Source of the DNA: Candidatus Hydrogenedentes bacterium UBA6118
Lineage (GTDB): Bacteria; Hydrogenedentota; Hydrogenedentia; Hydrogenedentales; SLHB01
Length of the DNA: 64,000 bases
Direction: 5' to 3'
NCBI GenBank assembly: GCA_002422525.1
Contig: DIWA01000086.1
Span: 52,533-116,532 of the forward strand
Shown: in pieces, positions 48,834 to 60,365 of the stretch
Numbering within the stretch: the first letter of the stretch is position 1
Layout: each line of letters begins with the position of its first letter
Position numbers and translations under genes: made by a program
Notes under the pieces: model-generated
Database searches by the model: none
Told to the model about the DNA's origin: nothing
Seen by the model: the letters and a program-made list of their open reading frames with translations, nothing else

Positions 48834-50809
48834 GCATGGGCGGCATCTGTGCGGCGATGACGACGTTGTTGATGACGGCCGCGGCGGGCGAGGGGCTTCC
48901 CCGCGACGCCGCCGACTGGCCGCTGCTGGTGGGCGGCCACGCCCACGGCGCGGAGAACATCCGCACGCTGGCCGAGCTGGGCGTCGGCAACTTCGTGTGG
49001 ATCCCCGCGCCAGGCTACGCGATGGGAAATACGCCGTGGGACGCGGAGCACGACATCTTCGCCGACGTCGCGGCGTGCATCGACGCGGGCCTCCACTTCA
49101 TGCCCAGCCAACGCCGGGGGTTGGGCGATACCGTGCGCCCCGGCGGGTTCACGTACGGCGGTCACGGCAGCGGCGAGATGCGGCCGCTGGAGGAGCTGGC
49201 GGCGGTTCGGGAGCGGGGCGGCGCCCTGTTCGTCGGCGTGCACGGCGAGGAGATGGACATCGACCTGATCCAGGAGTCGGTGCGGCCGTCCTTCCTGACC
49301 CGCGTTCCGGAGCTGTGGCAGTACAGTGATCGCACGGGCGGACGTCTCAGCTTCGAAGGCGAACTGCGGCGGCTGACCGAACGGTACCACGCGCTCGGCG
49401 TCCCGTTCCTGCCGAACCTCTGCGTCACCCACCAGCACTGCGGTTACCGCGCCGGGGCGGACATGGCGCTGGGCGAGCTGTTCGAACATCTGCCCACGAC
49501 GGAACTGCAACTGGCCTATCTGCGGGGCGCGTCGCGCCAGTTCGGCCGACCGTTCGGCGTGTGGATCTCCCCGTGGTTCTGGGGGCAAGTGCCCACGGAA
49601 GACAAGTCGCTGTGGCCCGCGCACCAGGCGCAGCCGGGCGGCGGCCATACGCTGGACCGGTTCCGCCGCGCGCTCTACCTGTCCTTCTTTTCCGGCGCGC
49701 GGCTCATCACCATGCAGGAGACCGAACCGCTGTTCTCGCGCAGCGCCGACGGCGGGTACGAGCTCGCCGTGTGGGGCCGGGAACTGCGCGCCTTCTGGGA
49801 GTACGCGCGCGATCGCGACGCCCGCATGGACCCCGTCGCGCCGCTGGCCGTGCTCATCGACGTGGACAATGGGTGGGAGCCGGCGCATTTGTGCCAGGAC
49901 TGGAACCCGCACGAGTCGGTTTGGGGCAAACTGCCGATAGATCGCCGGGCGGACGGCATGCTGCGCGCCTATCTCGATCTGCTGCTGCCCGGGTTCATGC
50001 GCACGCCGGAGTCCGTCCGCGCGCGCGAGGACATCTATCCCGGCTATTTCGCGGCCACGCCCGCGGGCCCGTTCGACGTGCTGACCTCCGACGCCGACGC
50101 GTCGACGCTCGCCGCGTATCCCGCCCTTGTGCTTCTCGGCCACGTGGAGATGACGCCCGAGCTGATGGAACGGCTGCGCGCATACGTTGCGCAGGGCGGT
50201 GCGCTCGTGCTCAACGCGTGCGACATGCGCTATCGCGAGGCCGCGGTGCAGGACGAGGCGCTGCTGGGCGCGCGGATCGGATCGAGCACGTCGGCCAGCG
50301 ACGTGATTCGCGTCACGGAGCCGTTGCCGGGGATCGACCCGCGCGACTACGACGAGCCGTGGTTCGCCGCCGTCGAGGTCACCGTCACCACCGGCGAGAC
50401 CGTCGCGGAGACGGGTGAGGGTCGCCCGGTGCTCGTGCGGAACCGGTTCGGCGAGGGCGTCGCGTACCTGATGACGCCCGAGTATATGATGGAAGGCTGG
50501 GGCGAGCAGGACAGCCGCCTCGCGTTCTGCGAAGACTTCGTGCGATCCCTGACGGCCGCCGCGTCGCCCCGGGTGGAACGGGGCCAGGACATATCGTGGA
50601 CGGCTGCGCGGCAGGGCGAGGCGTTGTGGGTCGCGCTGGCCAACCATGGGGACGCTTCGCAGACCGCCGAGCTGCATCTGCCCGCAGGCCTGACCGCGGC
50701 CCTGGACTTCGGCGAAGGCGCCGTTGACCAAGCGGGCGAGGGGCTGTTCCGCGTCACCGTCGGGCCGCGGGACGTCGTTGTGGTGCGTGGGCGGCCGGAC
50801 GAACGGTGA
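48830..50809 (+). CDS. Uncharacterised protein (659 aa), paralog of the C-terminal part of 45780-48833
   Basis: GGAGAGGAG RBS; start overlaps the upstream stop (ATGA); same shared motif block. Confidence 0.6.
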   Translation: MSMGGICAAMTTLLMTAAAGEGLPRDAADWPLLVGGHAHGAENIRTLAELGVGNFVWIPAPGYAMGNTPWDAEHDIFADVAACIDAGLHFMPSQRRGLGDTVRPGGFTYGGHGSGEMRPLEELAAVRERGGALFVGVHGEEMDIDLIQESVRPSFLTRVPELWQYSDRTGGRLSFEGELRRLTERYHALGVPFLPNLCVTHQHCGYRAGADMALGELFEHLPTTELQLAYLRGASRQFGRPFGVWISPWFWGQVPTEDKSLWPAHQAQPGGGHTLDRFRRALYLSFFSGARLITMQETEPLFSRSADGGYELAVWGRELRAFWEYARDRDARMDPVAPLAVLIDVDNGWEPAHLCQDWNPHESVWGKLPIDRRADGMLRAYLDLLLPGFMRTPESVRAREDIYPGYFAATPAGPFDVLTSDADASTLAAYPALVLLGHVEMTPELMERLRAYVAQGGALVLNACDMRYREAAVQDEALLGARIGSSTSASDVIRVTEPLPGIDPRDYDEPWFAAVEVTVTTGETVAETGEGRPVLVRNRFGEGVAYLMTPEYMMEGWGEQDSRLAFCEDFVRSLTAAASPRVERGQDISWTAARQGEALWVALANHGDASQTAELHLPAGLTAALDFGEGAVDQAGEGLFRVTVGPRDVVVVRGRPDER

Positions 50810-50829
50810 GCGCGCGATTGCGCGTTCCC

Positions 50830-51708
50830 TCAGGCGCGGATGCGCGTCGCGGCGCGGTATCGGCCGGGACTCCGTCCCACGAGCCCCTTGAACGCACGAT
50901 GGAAGTTGCACGCCGAGCCGAACCCGGACTCGTAGGCGACGTCGAGCACGGGCAGATCCGTGGTGGCCAGCAGCAACTGGGCGTGCGCGACGCGCAGCCG
51001 CAACACGAACTCGCCGATCGTGATGCCGTTGTGCGTGCGGAAGAGGGTCGCCGCGTAGTTCGCGTTCAGCCCGACCGCCGCCGCGACGTCGGACAGGCGC
51101 ACGGGTTCAAGGTAATGCGCCGCGAGATACTCCACGATCCGCACCAGCTTCTCGCTTACGTTCGGCAACTGGTGCGAGGTCGACTCGGAGTCGGGCTGGA
51201 TGGGTTGCTCCCGCAGGCGCGCCGCCGTGCGCAGCAGCCAGGCCTCGACTTCCAGGCGCATCGCCTCCCGGTCCGCAATGCGTCCGCGCCGGTAGTCCCT
51301 GCTCCATTGCGCAAACTCGGATGCGAGCCGGTCGCGCATCGGCGTGGCGTCGAGGCAGCGCATGCGGCCCTCGAACAGGCTTCGGCGGAAGTCATCCGGC
51401 AGGTTCCAGCCGAGGAACCACGAGAACGGGACATGCACGTAGTAGAACTTGGTGTGCGGGTCGTTGTCGACGATCTGATGCGGCCGGGCGGCCCAGAACA
51501 CGGCGAGCGTGTTTTTCCGCAGGTACACCCGTTCGCCGCAGTACAGGTAGCAGATCCCCCCCTCGAGGATGAGGTTCGCCTCAATGTCGTGATGCTGGTC
51601 GAACCCCGGCCAGATCGTGGGGACGTCCTTCTCGCACGCGAACGAGGAGCAGTCGGCGAAGGGACTGCGGTTCGACCGGTCGTCCGTATAGCCGTCGCCG
51701 CTGAACAT
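50830..51708 (-). CDS. AraC-family transcriptional regulator (cupin sensor plus HTH)
   Basis: C-terminal AraC HTH (LSDVAAAVGLNANYAATLFRTHNGITIGEFVLRLRVAHAQLLLATTDLPVLDVAYESGFGSACNFHRAFK). Confidence 0.7.
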   Translation of the reverse strand: MFSGDGYTDDRSNRSPFADCSSFACEKDVPTIWPGFDQHHDIEANLILEGGICYLYCGERVYLRKNTLAVFWAARPHQIVDNDPHTKFYYVHVPFSWFLGWNLPDDFRRSLFEGRMRCLDATPMRDRLASEFAQWSRDYRRGRIADREAMRLEVEAWLLRTAARLREQPIQPDSESTSHQLPNVSEKLVRIVEYLAAHYLEPVRLSDVAAAVGLNANYAATLFRTHNGITIGEFVLRLRVAHAQLLLATTDLPVLDVAYESGFGSACNFHRAFKGLVGRSPGRYRAATRIRA

Positions 51709-51858
51709 GATCTGAGAATATGCAAGTTTGCTCCGAAGATCAAGCAAGACATTGCACGGGTTTCGTGCTAGACTGACGTCGGATCGTGGGGCCGCGGATC
51801 ACGGCCTCGCGAAGGACATTATCAGAATCAACCAACAGAACAGAGAGGAGACATCTCT

Positions 51859-53007
51859 ATGCGCAGAACCAGAGGATTCACACTCATCGAGCTGTTGGTC
51901 GTCATCGCGATCATCGCGATTCTCGCGGCCATCCTGCTCCCCGCGTTGGCGCGGGCCCGTGAGGCGGCGCGGCGGGCGTCCTGCCAGAACAACCTCAAGC
52001 AGTGGGGCCTGATCTGCAAGATGTTCGCCACGGAGAACAACGACAACTGGCCCGGCGGCAACGAGTACATGTTCACCGGCAACAAGGGGTCGTGGGAGTT
52101 CAACTTCAACGAACGGTTCATCAACGGCCCGCAGATCTACCCGGATTACTGGAACGACGTGAGCATCATGATCTGCCCGTCCGATCCGCGCGACGGCAAC
52201 TTCAGCGGCTATGACCTCGGGCGCGAGGAGGATTTCGTGGCGCAGGTGCAGGAAGCGGCGGCCGCCGTCAGCGCGTCGCCGGTCAACGACGACTGGGGGT
52301 CGGACTACTGGTACGCGAAGAACTGCTTGAACTCGCTGCTCTCGATGTCGATCTCCTACGTCTACATCCCGATGGCGACGCGCACGGCTTGCCAGATGGG
52401 CGCCGTGATCGCGACCGCGTGGGACGACATGGCGAACTGCTCCGGCCAGTACTGGGGCTGGCGCGGCTGGAACCAGAAGAACGCCTACGACGTGCGCGCG
52501 ACCGGCATGGCGCAGTTCGGATGCGACTTTGATGTGCAGTACCAGGCCGACTGGATGCAGGGCGGCTTCCCGCACCAGGGCATCAACGAGACGAACATCA
52601 CGCCCCGCGGCAGCACGCAGCGCGGTGTGATCTGGCACCCCGCCGAGCTGCTCGATGACGACGGCGTGACCCCGATGCCGAACCAGTATCATAAGCTGAA
52701 GGAAGGCATCGAGCGCTTCTTCATCACGGACATCAACAACCCCGCCGCGGGCGCGGTCGCCCAGAGCGAGGTGTTCGTGATGTTTGACGCGTGGGGCACC
52801 GGGCTCTCGTGGACCGCTGTGGGCGGCGTCGAGAACGGCGTCATTCGCTTCAACCACGTGCCCGGCGGCAGCAACGTGCTCTACATGGACGGCCACGTGG
52901 GGTTCCTCCGCTACAAAGAGAAGCCGCCGGTTGTGATCCAGGGCGAGTTCGGGTCGTGGGGCCAGCTCCTCGATTGGTACATCGGCTCGGTCGGCGGCAT
53001 GGGCTGA
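51859..53007 (+). CDS. DUF1559 / H-X9-DG prepilin-like protein
   Basis: [51 protein letters not shown] ... [17 protein letters not shown]. Confidence 0.85.
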   Translation: MRRTRGFTLIELLVVIAIIAILAAILLPALARAREAARRASCQNNLKQWGLICKMFATENNDNWPGGNEYMFTGNKGSWEFNFNERFINGPQIYPDYWNDVSIMICPSDPRDGNFSGYDLGREEDFVAQVQEAAAAVSASPVNDDWGSDYWYAKNCLNSLLSMSISYVYIPMATRTACQMGAVIATAWDDMANCSGQYWGWRGWNQKNAYDVRATGMAQFGCDFDVQYQADWMQGGFPHQGINETNITPRGSTQRGVIWHPAELLDDDGVTPMPNQYHKLKEGIERFFITDINNPAAGAVAQSEVFVMFDAWGTGLSWTAVGGVENGVIRFNHVPGGSNVLYMDGHVGFLRYKEKPPVVIQGEFGSWGQLLDWYIGSVGGMG

Positions 53008-53208
53008 TACCGGCTGCGAACGCCGAACCGCGGCATCTGCGTTGCATACATGCGCGGGCGGGGAGCTTCATCTCCTCGCCCGCGCTTCTTGTCGCGGGCA
53101 GACCTCGATGCGGAGCGGTAACCTCCGTTCGCGTTGACCAACCGCGCCTGTCCTGCTACGCTTTCGTCTCAGCGCCCTGTATTTCTGAAGCGGAAGAGGA
53201 GATTGACT

Positions 53209-54576
53209 ATGGAACTGAACCCGCGGATCTTTCGCGAGTACGACATCAGAGGCATTGCGGGCAAGGATCTCGATGAGGAGACCTATGAGCGGCTGGGCAA
53301 GGCGGTCGCGGTGATGTTGCGGCGGCACCGCAAGCACAATTGCGTTTGCATCGGGCGGGACGGTCGGCTCACGTCCAAGGCCTTCGCCAATGCGGCCATT
53401 GACGGCCTGACCGCCTGCGGCGTCAACGTCATCGATATCGGCCTCGTGCCGACGCCCTTGCTCTACTACGCACTGTTCACGCAGAAGGTGGACGGCGGCC
53501 TCATGATCACGGCCAGCCACAATCCGCAAGAGTACAACGGGATGAAGGTGGCGATCGGCACGTCGACAATCTACGGCGAAGAGATCCAGAAGCTCCGCGA
53601 GATCGCGGAGGCGGGGAAGTTCCCGGCGGTTAAGCGTCCCGTGACGATCACGCGGATGGACCTGGCCTCGAAGTACACGAACCGAATCACCCGCGACGTG
53701 AAGCTCAAGCGGAAGCTCAAGGTGGTCGTCGATGCGGGCAACGGTCCTGGCGGCGTCGTGGCGGTTCCGCTGTACGAGAAGCTCGGCTGCGAGGTCATCC
53801 CGCTGTTCTGCGATGTGGACGGCACGTTCCCGAACCACCATCCCGACCCGACGGACCCCGAGAACCTGAAGGACCTGATCGGGGCGGTCAAGAAGCACGA
53901 CGCGGATCTTGGCATCGCGTACGACGGCGATGTCGATCGCATCGGCGTGGTCGACGAGCAGGGCGGCGTGATCTTCGGCGATCAGTTGCTGATCCTGTTC
54001 GCGCGTTCCGTGCTCAAAGAGAAGCCCGGGGCGACGGTGATCTCCGAGGTCAAAGGCTCGCGCACGCTCTACGAGGACATCGCCAAGCATGGCGGCAAGC
54101 CCATCATGTGGAAGACGGGGCACTCGCTCATCAAGGCGGCGATGAAGGAGTACAAGGCCGAGCTTGCGGGCGAGATGAGCGGCCACATGTTCTTCAAGCA
54201 CCGCTGGTACGGGTTCGACGACGCCATCTACGCGGGCGCCCGCCTGCTCGAGTTGCTCGCCGCCGGACGGAAGACCCTGAGCGCGCATCTGGCCGACGTG
54301 CCGCGCATGCACTCGACGCCGGAGATCCGCATCGAGACGACCGAGGAGCGCAAGTTCGAGATCGTGCAGGACGCGGTCCGATACTTCCGCGATGAGCAGG
54401 GTCTCGAGGTGAACACCATCGACGGCCTGCGCATCGAATGGCCTGATGGATGGGGGCTGGTGCGCGCGTCCAACACCTCGCCGGTGCTGGTCATGCGGTT
54501 CGAGGCCGAGACGCCCGAGCGGCTCAAGGCGATCCAGAAGCTGGTGTCGGACAAGGTCGCGGAGCTGAACAAGTAG
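53209..54576 (+). CDS. Phosphomannomutase / phosphoglucomutase
   Basis: FREYDIRGIAGKDL, TASHNPQEYNGMKV (active-site Ser), DGDVDR, GEMSGH. Confidence 0.85.
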   Translation: MELNPRIFREYDIRGIAGKDLDEETYERLGKAVAVMLRRHRKHNCVCIGRDGRLTSKAFANAAIDGLTACGVNVIDIGLVPTPLLYYALFTQKVDGGLMITASHNPQEYNGMKVAIGTSTIYGEEIQKLREIAEAGKFPAVKRPVTITRMDLASKYTNRITRDVKLKRKLKVVVDAGNGPGGVVAVPLYEKLGCEVIPLFCDVDGTFPNHHPDPTDPENLKDLIGAVKKHDADLGIAYDGDVDRIGVVDEQGGVIFGDQLLILFARSVLKEKPGATVISEVKGSRTLYEDIAKHGGKPIMWKTGHSLIKAAMKEYKAELAGEMSGHMFFKHRWYGFDDAIYAGARLLELLAAGRKTLSAHLADVPRMHSTPEIRIETTEERKFEIVQDAVRYFRDEQGLEVNTIDGLRIEWPDGWGLVRASNTSPVLVMRFEAETPERLKAIQKLVSDKVAELNK

Positions 54577-54601
54577 ACGGGCAGGGGCCGCTGCCGTCGG
54601 C

Positions 54602-55636
54602 TTACGGCGACTCGGACGCGACGGCGCGGAGCCGCTGCGCGGCCTGCACCGCCGGCACGGACAGCACGCCGGACTCGCCCATACGCATGAACCGCACGTG
54701 TCCGTCCATGAACAGCACGTTGCTGCCGCCGGGAAGGTGGGCGAAGGCCGGGCCGTGCTCGGGCGTCGCGCCGAACACGGCATCCCAGCACACGGGCAGG
54801 CTCGCCTCGGATACGCGGCTCAGGTCCGGCCGATCCATGTCCTCGATCAGCAGCCGATCGACGCCTTCGCGCAGTCGGAGGAGCGTGTCGCCGGCGCCCG
54901 AGCCGAGTCGGCCGGACATGCCGACGCGCTCGGCGAAGGCCGACACGTCCAGGGGACCGTCCAGCGCGGCGTGATCGCCCTCGGTCGCGCGCAGGGCGTC
55001 AATCAGTGCCGCGAGCTGGCCGTCGACGCCATTGTCCGCGTCTGACGGGCCGGGCCAGCCGGTCGCGCCGGGCGCGGGAACGCCGGGCGGTTCCGCCAGA
55101 CGATCGTCCACCCGCATCGATCCGCGGCCAACCTTGTCGAGTGCGTACCCGAAGTAGAGGTAGCTCGCATCGCCGTTTGAGATCAGCCCTTCCCACGGGC
55201 ACGGTTCGGCGGCGTTCGGAGCGGTCTCGATGATCCCGAGCAGCTCCTCCGCGTCGGCGTCGCGCAGCCCGGGGTGCGAGGGACACAGCAGGACGGCGGG
55301 GTCGGTCAGGTACTCCGGGACCATCGCCGACGTGCGGAAGATGAAATCGATATCCGGCTGCGCGTTCACGCATGCGGCGGACTGCGCGTCGGCCGCCGTG
55401 AACGGATCGCGTCCGTGCATCGGCGGAAACAGGCCGCCGTGCTCATCGGCGTAGATGCGCAGGGCGACGCCGATGCCCATCAGGTTGGCCTGGCAGGTCG
55501 CGCGCCGGCCGGCTTCCCGCGCGCGGGAAAGCGCGGGGAGCAGGATCGCCGCCAGGACCGAGATGATCGTCACGGTGACCAGCAGTTCGAGCAGCGTGAA
55601 GCCGTTCCCTCTGGGCGGGGCGCTGTGCGTGATCAT
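54602..55636 (-). CDS. DUF1559-like prepilin-type protein (divergent member)
   Basis: [41 protein letters not shown] ... [16 protein letters not shown]. Confidence 0.75.
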   Translation of the reverse strand: MITHSAPPRGNGFTLLELLVTVTIISVLAAILLPALSRAREAGRRATCQANLMGIGVALRIYADEHGGLFPPMHGRDPFTAADAQSAACVNAQPDIDFIFRTSAMVPEYLTDPAVLLCPSHPGLRDADAEELLGIIETAPNAAEPCPWEGLISNGDASYLYFGYALDKVGRGSMRVDDRLAEPPGVPAPGATGWPGPSDADNGVDGQLAALIDALRATEGDHAALDGPLDVSAFAERVGMSGRLGSGAGDTLLRLREGVDRLLIEDMDRPDLSRVSEASLPVCWDAVFGATPEHGPAFAHLPGGSNVLFMDGHVRFMRMGESGVLSVPAVQAAQRLRAVASESP

Positions 55637-55780
55637 GGCGTCAGTCTAGTTCGATTGCGGCGCTCCCGCAAGGCGCGCGAGCCGGTCCGGCATCGCGCAA
55701 AGAACCCCCGAGGCCAAGGCGCCCCCGGGGTTCTGTCGCAAAGATGGCGCGACGCGGCGTTGCGCGTCGAGGCCACGTGA

Positions 55781-56779
55781 TCAGTCGTAGTAGTCCGGAT
55801 CGCCCGCCGCCGTGACAACGCGCGCGAAGCCGGCCGTCACCGGTTGTTTGCCCGGATACCGCTCGAACGACACGTGGCCGTCCATGTACAGGATGCTGCA
55901 GCCGCCGGGGACGTGGTTGAACAGCGATGTGCTCACGGCCACCAGGTCGCCCATGATGTAGATGTTGCTCTGGGCCGCCGCGCCTGCCGCGGGGTTGTTG
56001 ATGTCCGTGATCAGAAAGCGCTCGATGCCTTCCTTCAGCCGGGGCACGCTGTTGCCGCCGCCCACGCCGATCGGCACGCCCAGGTCGGGTATTCCTGCCG
56101 CATACGCCAAGGTCAGGTCGACGTCCTTGTGCGCCGGAGAGACGAAGTTGCCGGCGTTCGCGTTGAGCTGGGCCTGCACCTCGAGCGCCGCCAGCATGGA
56201 GATCATCTGGGCCGGGCCCAACTCGGTCATCGGCGCGTCGCTGTCCAGGATAGTGATGGGCAGTTGCGGGTCGGAGTCCTCGAGCTTGTCGAGCATCCAG
56301 CCGATGTAGAAGTAGCTCTCGTCGATTGCGCCGATGCCGACGTTCGCATCGGTGCACGGCACGTGGAGCCACCATTCGCCGGTCTGCGGGTTCTTCAGAT
56401 TCGGAACTTCCTGGGCTTCCGCCTCGGAAGGGCACAGGACGATACGCGGATCGGAGATGTAGTCAGGGTAGATCTGCGGCACCCAGGGTCCGAACGACTG
56501 GATGCCGAACTTGCCTGGAACGGGCAGCATGTCGCCGCCGCTCTCGTTGCACTGCACCTTTTGCACGAAGGGCTCGATAGCGATGGAAGGGAACATGCTC
56601 CGGTTCTCGCCGGAGTACATCTTGAACACCAGGCCCCACTGCTTGAGGTTGCTCTGGCAGCTTGCCCGGCGGGCGGCCTCTCTCGCGCGCGCCAGGGCGG
56701 GAAGGAGGATTGCTGCAAGGATCGCGATGATGGCGATCACCACCAGCAGCTCAATAAGGGTGAAACCGCGCTTTCTCAT
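55781..56779 (-). CDS. DUF1559 / H-X9-DG prepilin-like protein
   Basis: [50 protein letters not shown] ... [17 protein letters not shown]; AAGAGGAG RBS. Confidence 0.85.
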   Translation of the reverse strand: MRKRGFTLIELLVVIAIIAILAAILLPALARAREAARRASCQSNLKQWGLVFKMYSGENRSMFPSIAIEPFVQKVQCNESGGDMLPVPGKFGIQSFGPWVPQIYPDYISDPRIVLCPSEAEAQEVPNLKNPQTGEWWLHVPCTDANVGIGAIDESYFYIGWMLDKLEDSDPQLPITILDSDAPMTELGPAQMISMLAALEVQAQLNANAGNFVSPAHKDVDLTLAYAAGIPDLGVPIGVGGGNSVPRLKEGIERFLITDINNPAAGAAAQSNIYIMGDLVAVSTSLFNHVPGGCSILYMDGHVSFERYPGKQPVTAGFARVVTAAGDPDYYD

Positions 56780-57206
56780 ACTCTCACTCAACTCCTCTTT
56801 GGTCCATGCGTCTGCCCCAGATTGAACCCGTACCATACGGACTCCCTGAAGAGTGACCGAACTGCCGTGAAGCGGGTCAGCCGCGACCCGAGCCGCGCTC
56901 GGGTCCTGAATCCTCTGCGTGTTACGATTGATGAGTTCTGAACAAGCCCCTCCTCTCCCTTGTCGCACTGCAGAACCTGCCGCGCGTCCGCATGGCCCGC
57001 AGTCCCCAGCACGACGTCCCCGGAAATCGCACTGTTCATGTTTGGAAGTATACCCCATGGAGGCCGCGCCTGCCAATGCCTACAGCCGAAATATGGCGAA
57101 AACAAACGCCGAATTTCGCATACACGTCGCAAAAAGAAAACGGAGACGGGCGAGAAGGTCTCGCCGCCTCCGTGAACACTCCGGCGCGGGGCCTGCTCCC
57201 ATCGCG

Positions 57207-58481
57207 CTATGTCTGCCGCGTGATCCGATCCAGGCCGCCCATGTAAGGCCGCAGCGCTTCCGGAATGACCACCGATCCGTCTTCCTGCTGGTAGTTCTCG
57301 AGGATGGCCACGACCGTGCGGCCGACGGCGAGCCCCGAGCCGTTCAGCGTGTGGACGTATTCCGGCTTCTTGTCCTTGCGATAGCGGATGCCGGCGCGGC
57401 GCGCCTGGAAATCCGTGCAGTTCGAGCACGAGCTGATCTCGCGGTAGCGGTTCTGGCCCGGCAGCCATACCTCGAGGTCGTAGGTCTTCGCCGCGCCGAA
57501 GCCGAGGTCGCCGGTGCACAGCGCGACCACGCGGTAGGGCAGGCCCAGCAGTTGCAGCACGCGCTCGGCGTTTGCAGTCAGCTTCTCCAGCTCATCCCAC
57601 GAGGTCTCCGGCGTAGTGAATTTGTACAGCTCCACCTTGTTGAACTGGTGTTGCCGCAGCATCCCGCGCGTGTCCTTGCCGTGCGACCCGGCCTCGCTAC
57701 GGAAGCACGGGGTGTACGCCGTGTAGTAGAGGGGGAGGCGATCGGCGGGGAGGATCTCGTCGCGGTGCATGTTCGTCAGCGGCACCTCGGCGGTGGGCGC
57801 GAGCCACAGGTCGCGCTTCTCGACCTTGAACGCTTCCTCGGCGAACTTCGGCAACTGGCCCGATCCTTCCATCGTCTCGCCGGAGATGAGGAAGGGGGGC
57901 AGGATCTCGGTGTAGCCGTGTTCGCCGGTGTGCAGGTCGAGGAAGAACGAGATCAACGCGCGTTCCAGCCGCGCCCCGGCCCCCTTCTGCAGGCTGAACC
58001 GCGCGCCGGAGAGCTTGGCCGCGCATTCGAGATCAAGGATCCCGAGTCGCGTCCCCACGTCGACGTGGTCGGCGGGCTCGAACGAGAACTCAGGGATCTC
58101 GCCCCACGTGCGGACCACGGCGTTGCACGATTCGTCCGCGCCGTCGGGCACGGACGCGTCGGGCAGGTTCGGGATCATCAGCAGGCCCTGGCGCAGCTTC
58201 TGGTCCAGGTCGCGCACCGCCTCTTCCAGGTCTTTGATCCGGTCGCGAACGGCGCGCATCGCGTCGACTTCCTCGTCGGCGTTCTCGCGGGCTCTCTTCT
58301 TCGCCGCGATCGCCTCGGACACCCGGTTCTGTTCCGCGCGCAACTGCTCCGACTCGTGCAGCAGCTCCCTGCGCGACTGGTCGAGCGCGATCAGCGACTC
58401 GAGGTCCACCTGCGCGTTACGTCGCGCCATCGCTTCTCGGATGCGGTCGGGCTCGTCCCGGAGCAGTTTGATGTCGATCAT
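57207..58481 (-). CDS. serS: Serine--tRNA ligase
   Basis: [11 protein letters not shown] start, N-terminal coiled coil and class II motifs ([43 protein letters not shown]). Confidence 0.92.
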   Translation of the reverse strand: MIDIKLLRDEPDRIREAMARRNAQVDLESLIALDQSRRELLHESEQLRAEQNRVSEAIAAKKRARENADEEVDAMRAVRDRIKDLEEAVRDLDQKLRQGLLMIPNLPDASVPDGADESCNAVVRTWGEIPEFSFEPADHVDVGTRLGILDLECAAKLSGARFSLQKGAGARLERALISFFLDLHTGEHGYTEILPPFLISGETMEGSGQLPKFAEEAFKVEKRDLWLAPTAEVPLTNMHRDEILPADRLPLYYTAYTPCFRSEAGSHGKDTRGMLRQHQFNKVELYKFTTPETSWDELEKLTANAERVLQLLGLPYRVVALCTGDLGFGAAKTYDLEVWLPGQNRYREISSCSNCTDFQARRAGIRYRKDKKPEYVHTLNGSGLAVGRTVVAILENYQQEDGSVVIPEALRPYMGGLDRITRQT

Positions 58482-58545
58482 AGCTTGCTTTCCCCTTGTT
58501 GCGGAGGGTGCGGAAGTCGCGCCTCGGCGGGCGGCGACGCCTCGG

Positions 58546-59487
58546 TCAGCGCTTGGATTGCAGGATGCTCAGGATGCGTTCGAGATCATCGAGGCTGTAG
58601 TACTCGATCTCGATCGTGCCCTTGTCCCTGGCTTTGGCCTTGACGCGTACGCGGGCGCCGAGACTCCGGCGCAGGGCATCCTCGAGCCCGGCGACGTTCG
58701 GGTCCTTCGGCGTGGTGCGCTCTTGCGCGCCGGCGCCCGTCGGCTTGGGCGTCGCCAGCTTCTCGGTCTGCCGCACCGAGAGCCCTTGCTCGATCACCTT
58801 GCGGCAGGCGAGGCTCTGGGCGCGGGCGGTGGGGATCGCCAGGATCGCGCGGGCATGGCCCATCGTGATGCGCTCGTCCGCCACGGCGGCCTGCACGTCC
58901 TTCGGCAAGTTGAGCAGCCGCAGCGTGTTCGTCACGGTGACCCGGTTCTTGCCGATCTGCTCCGCCAGCTCCTCCTGCGTCCAGCCGAATTCGTCGATCA
59001 GGCGTTGATAGGCCAGGGCGAGCTCGATCGCGTTCAGGTCCTCGCGTTGGATGTTCTCGATTAGGCCGAGTTTCAGCATGTCCGCGTCGGACACGTCGCG
59101 ACAGATGGCCGGCACGGTGGGCAGATCAGCCATGATCGCGGCGCGCACACGGCGCTCGCCGCTCACCAGCTCATAGCGCCCGCTGCGCTTGCGCACGAGC
59201 ACGGGCTCCTGCACGCCGTCGCGTCGGATGGACTCGGCCAGCTCCTCGAGGGCTTCCTCGCGAAACGTGGTGCGCGGCTGGCTGGGATTGGGGCGAAGGT
59301 CGCGCGGGTCGAGTTCGAGCAGCGCGTGATCGGCGGCCGTCGCCTCGGAAGGGCCCGCGCCCGTCGCGGCCCCCGTCGTGTTCGAGCCGTCGGGCGTCGC
59401 CTCGACCGACGCGGACGTCGACGCCTGGGCGTCGCCCAGCAGGGCGTCGAGCCCGCGACCCAAGCCGCGTTTGCGCACGTTAGCCAC
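58546..59487 (-). CDS. parB: Chromosome partitioning protein ParB
   Basis: [10 protein letters not shown], ParB box (VQEPVLVRK...[13 protein letters not shown]) and HTH ([16 protein letters not shown]). Confidence 0.9.
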   Translation of the reverse strand: MANVRKRGLGRGLDALLGDAQASTSASVEATPDGSNTTGAATGAGPSEATAADHALLELDPRDLRPNPSQPRTTFREEALEELAESIRRDGVQEPVLVRKRSGRYELVSGERRVRAAIMADLPTVPAICRDVSDADMLKLGLIENIQREDLNAIELALAYQRLIDEFGWTQEELAEQIGKNRVTVTNTLRLLNLPKDVQAAVADERITMGHARAILAIPTARAQSLACRKVIEQGLSVRQTEKLATPKPTGAGAQERTTPKDPNVAGLEDALRRSLGARVRVKAKARDKGTIEIEYYSLDDLERILSILQSKR

Positions 59488-60262
59488 GAGACACCACCTC
59501 TCGCGCCAGCGCCAGGTAAGCCCGTGCGCCGGCCGATTTCAGATCGTAGAAGATGACCGGCTGACCGAAGCTCGGCGCCTCCGCCAGCGTGATGTTCCGC
59601 GGGATGATGGTCTGGTAGACCTTGTCGCCCATGTGCTCGCGCACATCCGCGATTACCTGGTTCGACAGCCGAGTGTGCTGGTACATCGTCAACAGGACGC
59701 CCTCAAGTTCCAGGTGCGGGTTCATGCCCTCCCGAACGCGGGAAATCGTCTGAAGCAGCTCGCTCAGCCCCTCGAGGGCGTAGTACTCGCATTGCAGGGT
59801 CACCACCACGCCGCGCGCCGCCACCAGGCTGTTCACGGTGAGCAGGTTCAGCGCCGGAGGGCAGTCTATATATATATAGTGATAACGCGTACGCACCGGC
59901 GCCAGCGCGTCTCGCAGGCGGCCTTCCCGGTTCTCCGCCTCCACCAGCTCGACGGCCGCGCCGACGAGGTTGCGGTTCGATGGGAGGATATCCATATGGC
60001 GGATTCCCGTCGGTCGGATCGCCTCCTCCGCGGCGGCCTCGCCCATCAGCACCTCATAGGTCGAGGCGCCCAGCTTCTGCTTGTCCAGGCCCATGCCGCT
60101 GGTCGCGTTGCCCTGCGGATCCATGTCGATCAGCAACACGCGCCGTCCCGCCGCCGCCATGCACGCACTGAGATTCACGGCCGTCGTCGTTTTCCCGACG
60201 CCGCCCTTCTGATTCGCAATAGCGATGGTCTGGCCGATGGTGCTGTTGGGTTCCGGAGTCAT
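59480..60262 (-). CDS. parA: Chromosome partitioning ATPase ParA
   Basis: Deviant Walker A motif IAIANQKGGVGKTTTAVNLS and the ParA/Soj core. Confidence 0.9.
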   Translation of the reverse strand: MTPEPNSTIGQTIAIANQKGGVGKTTTAVNLSACMAAAGRRVLLIDMDPQGNATSGMGLDKQKLGASTYEVLMGEAAAEEAIRPTGIRHMDILPSNRNLVGAAVELVEAENREGRLRDALAPVRTRYHYIYIDCPPALNLLTVNSLVAARGVVVTLQCEYYALEGLSELLQTISRVREGMNPHLELEGVLLTMYQHTRLSNQVIADVREHMGDKVYQTIIPRNITLAEAPSFGQPVIFYDLKSAGARAYLALAREVVSRG

Positions 60263-60365
60263 GCGCAGAGCCGGGTTGGGTCGTAGGACCGCGACGGTCC
60301 GGTCGAAGGCCGTATGATAGGCGGCCCGCCGATCCAAGTCAACGCGAGGTCGCGTCGGCGGGCGT

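Noticed and set aside
59866-59884. Alternating TA run (tctatatatatatag) in a GC-rich background
   Set aside because: Lies inside parA and encodes YHYIYID in frame, so it is coding sequence, not a promoter or replication element.
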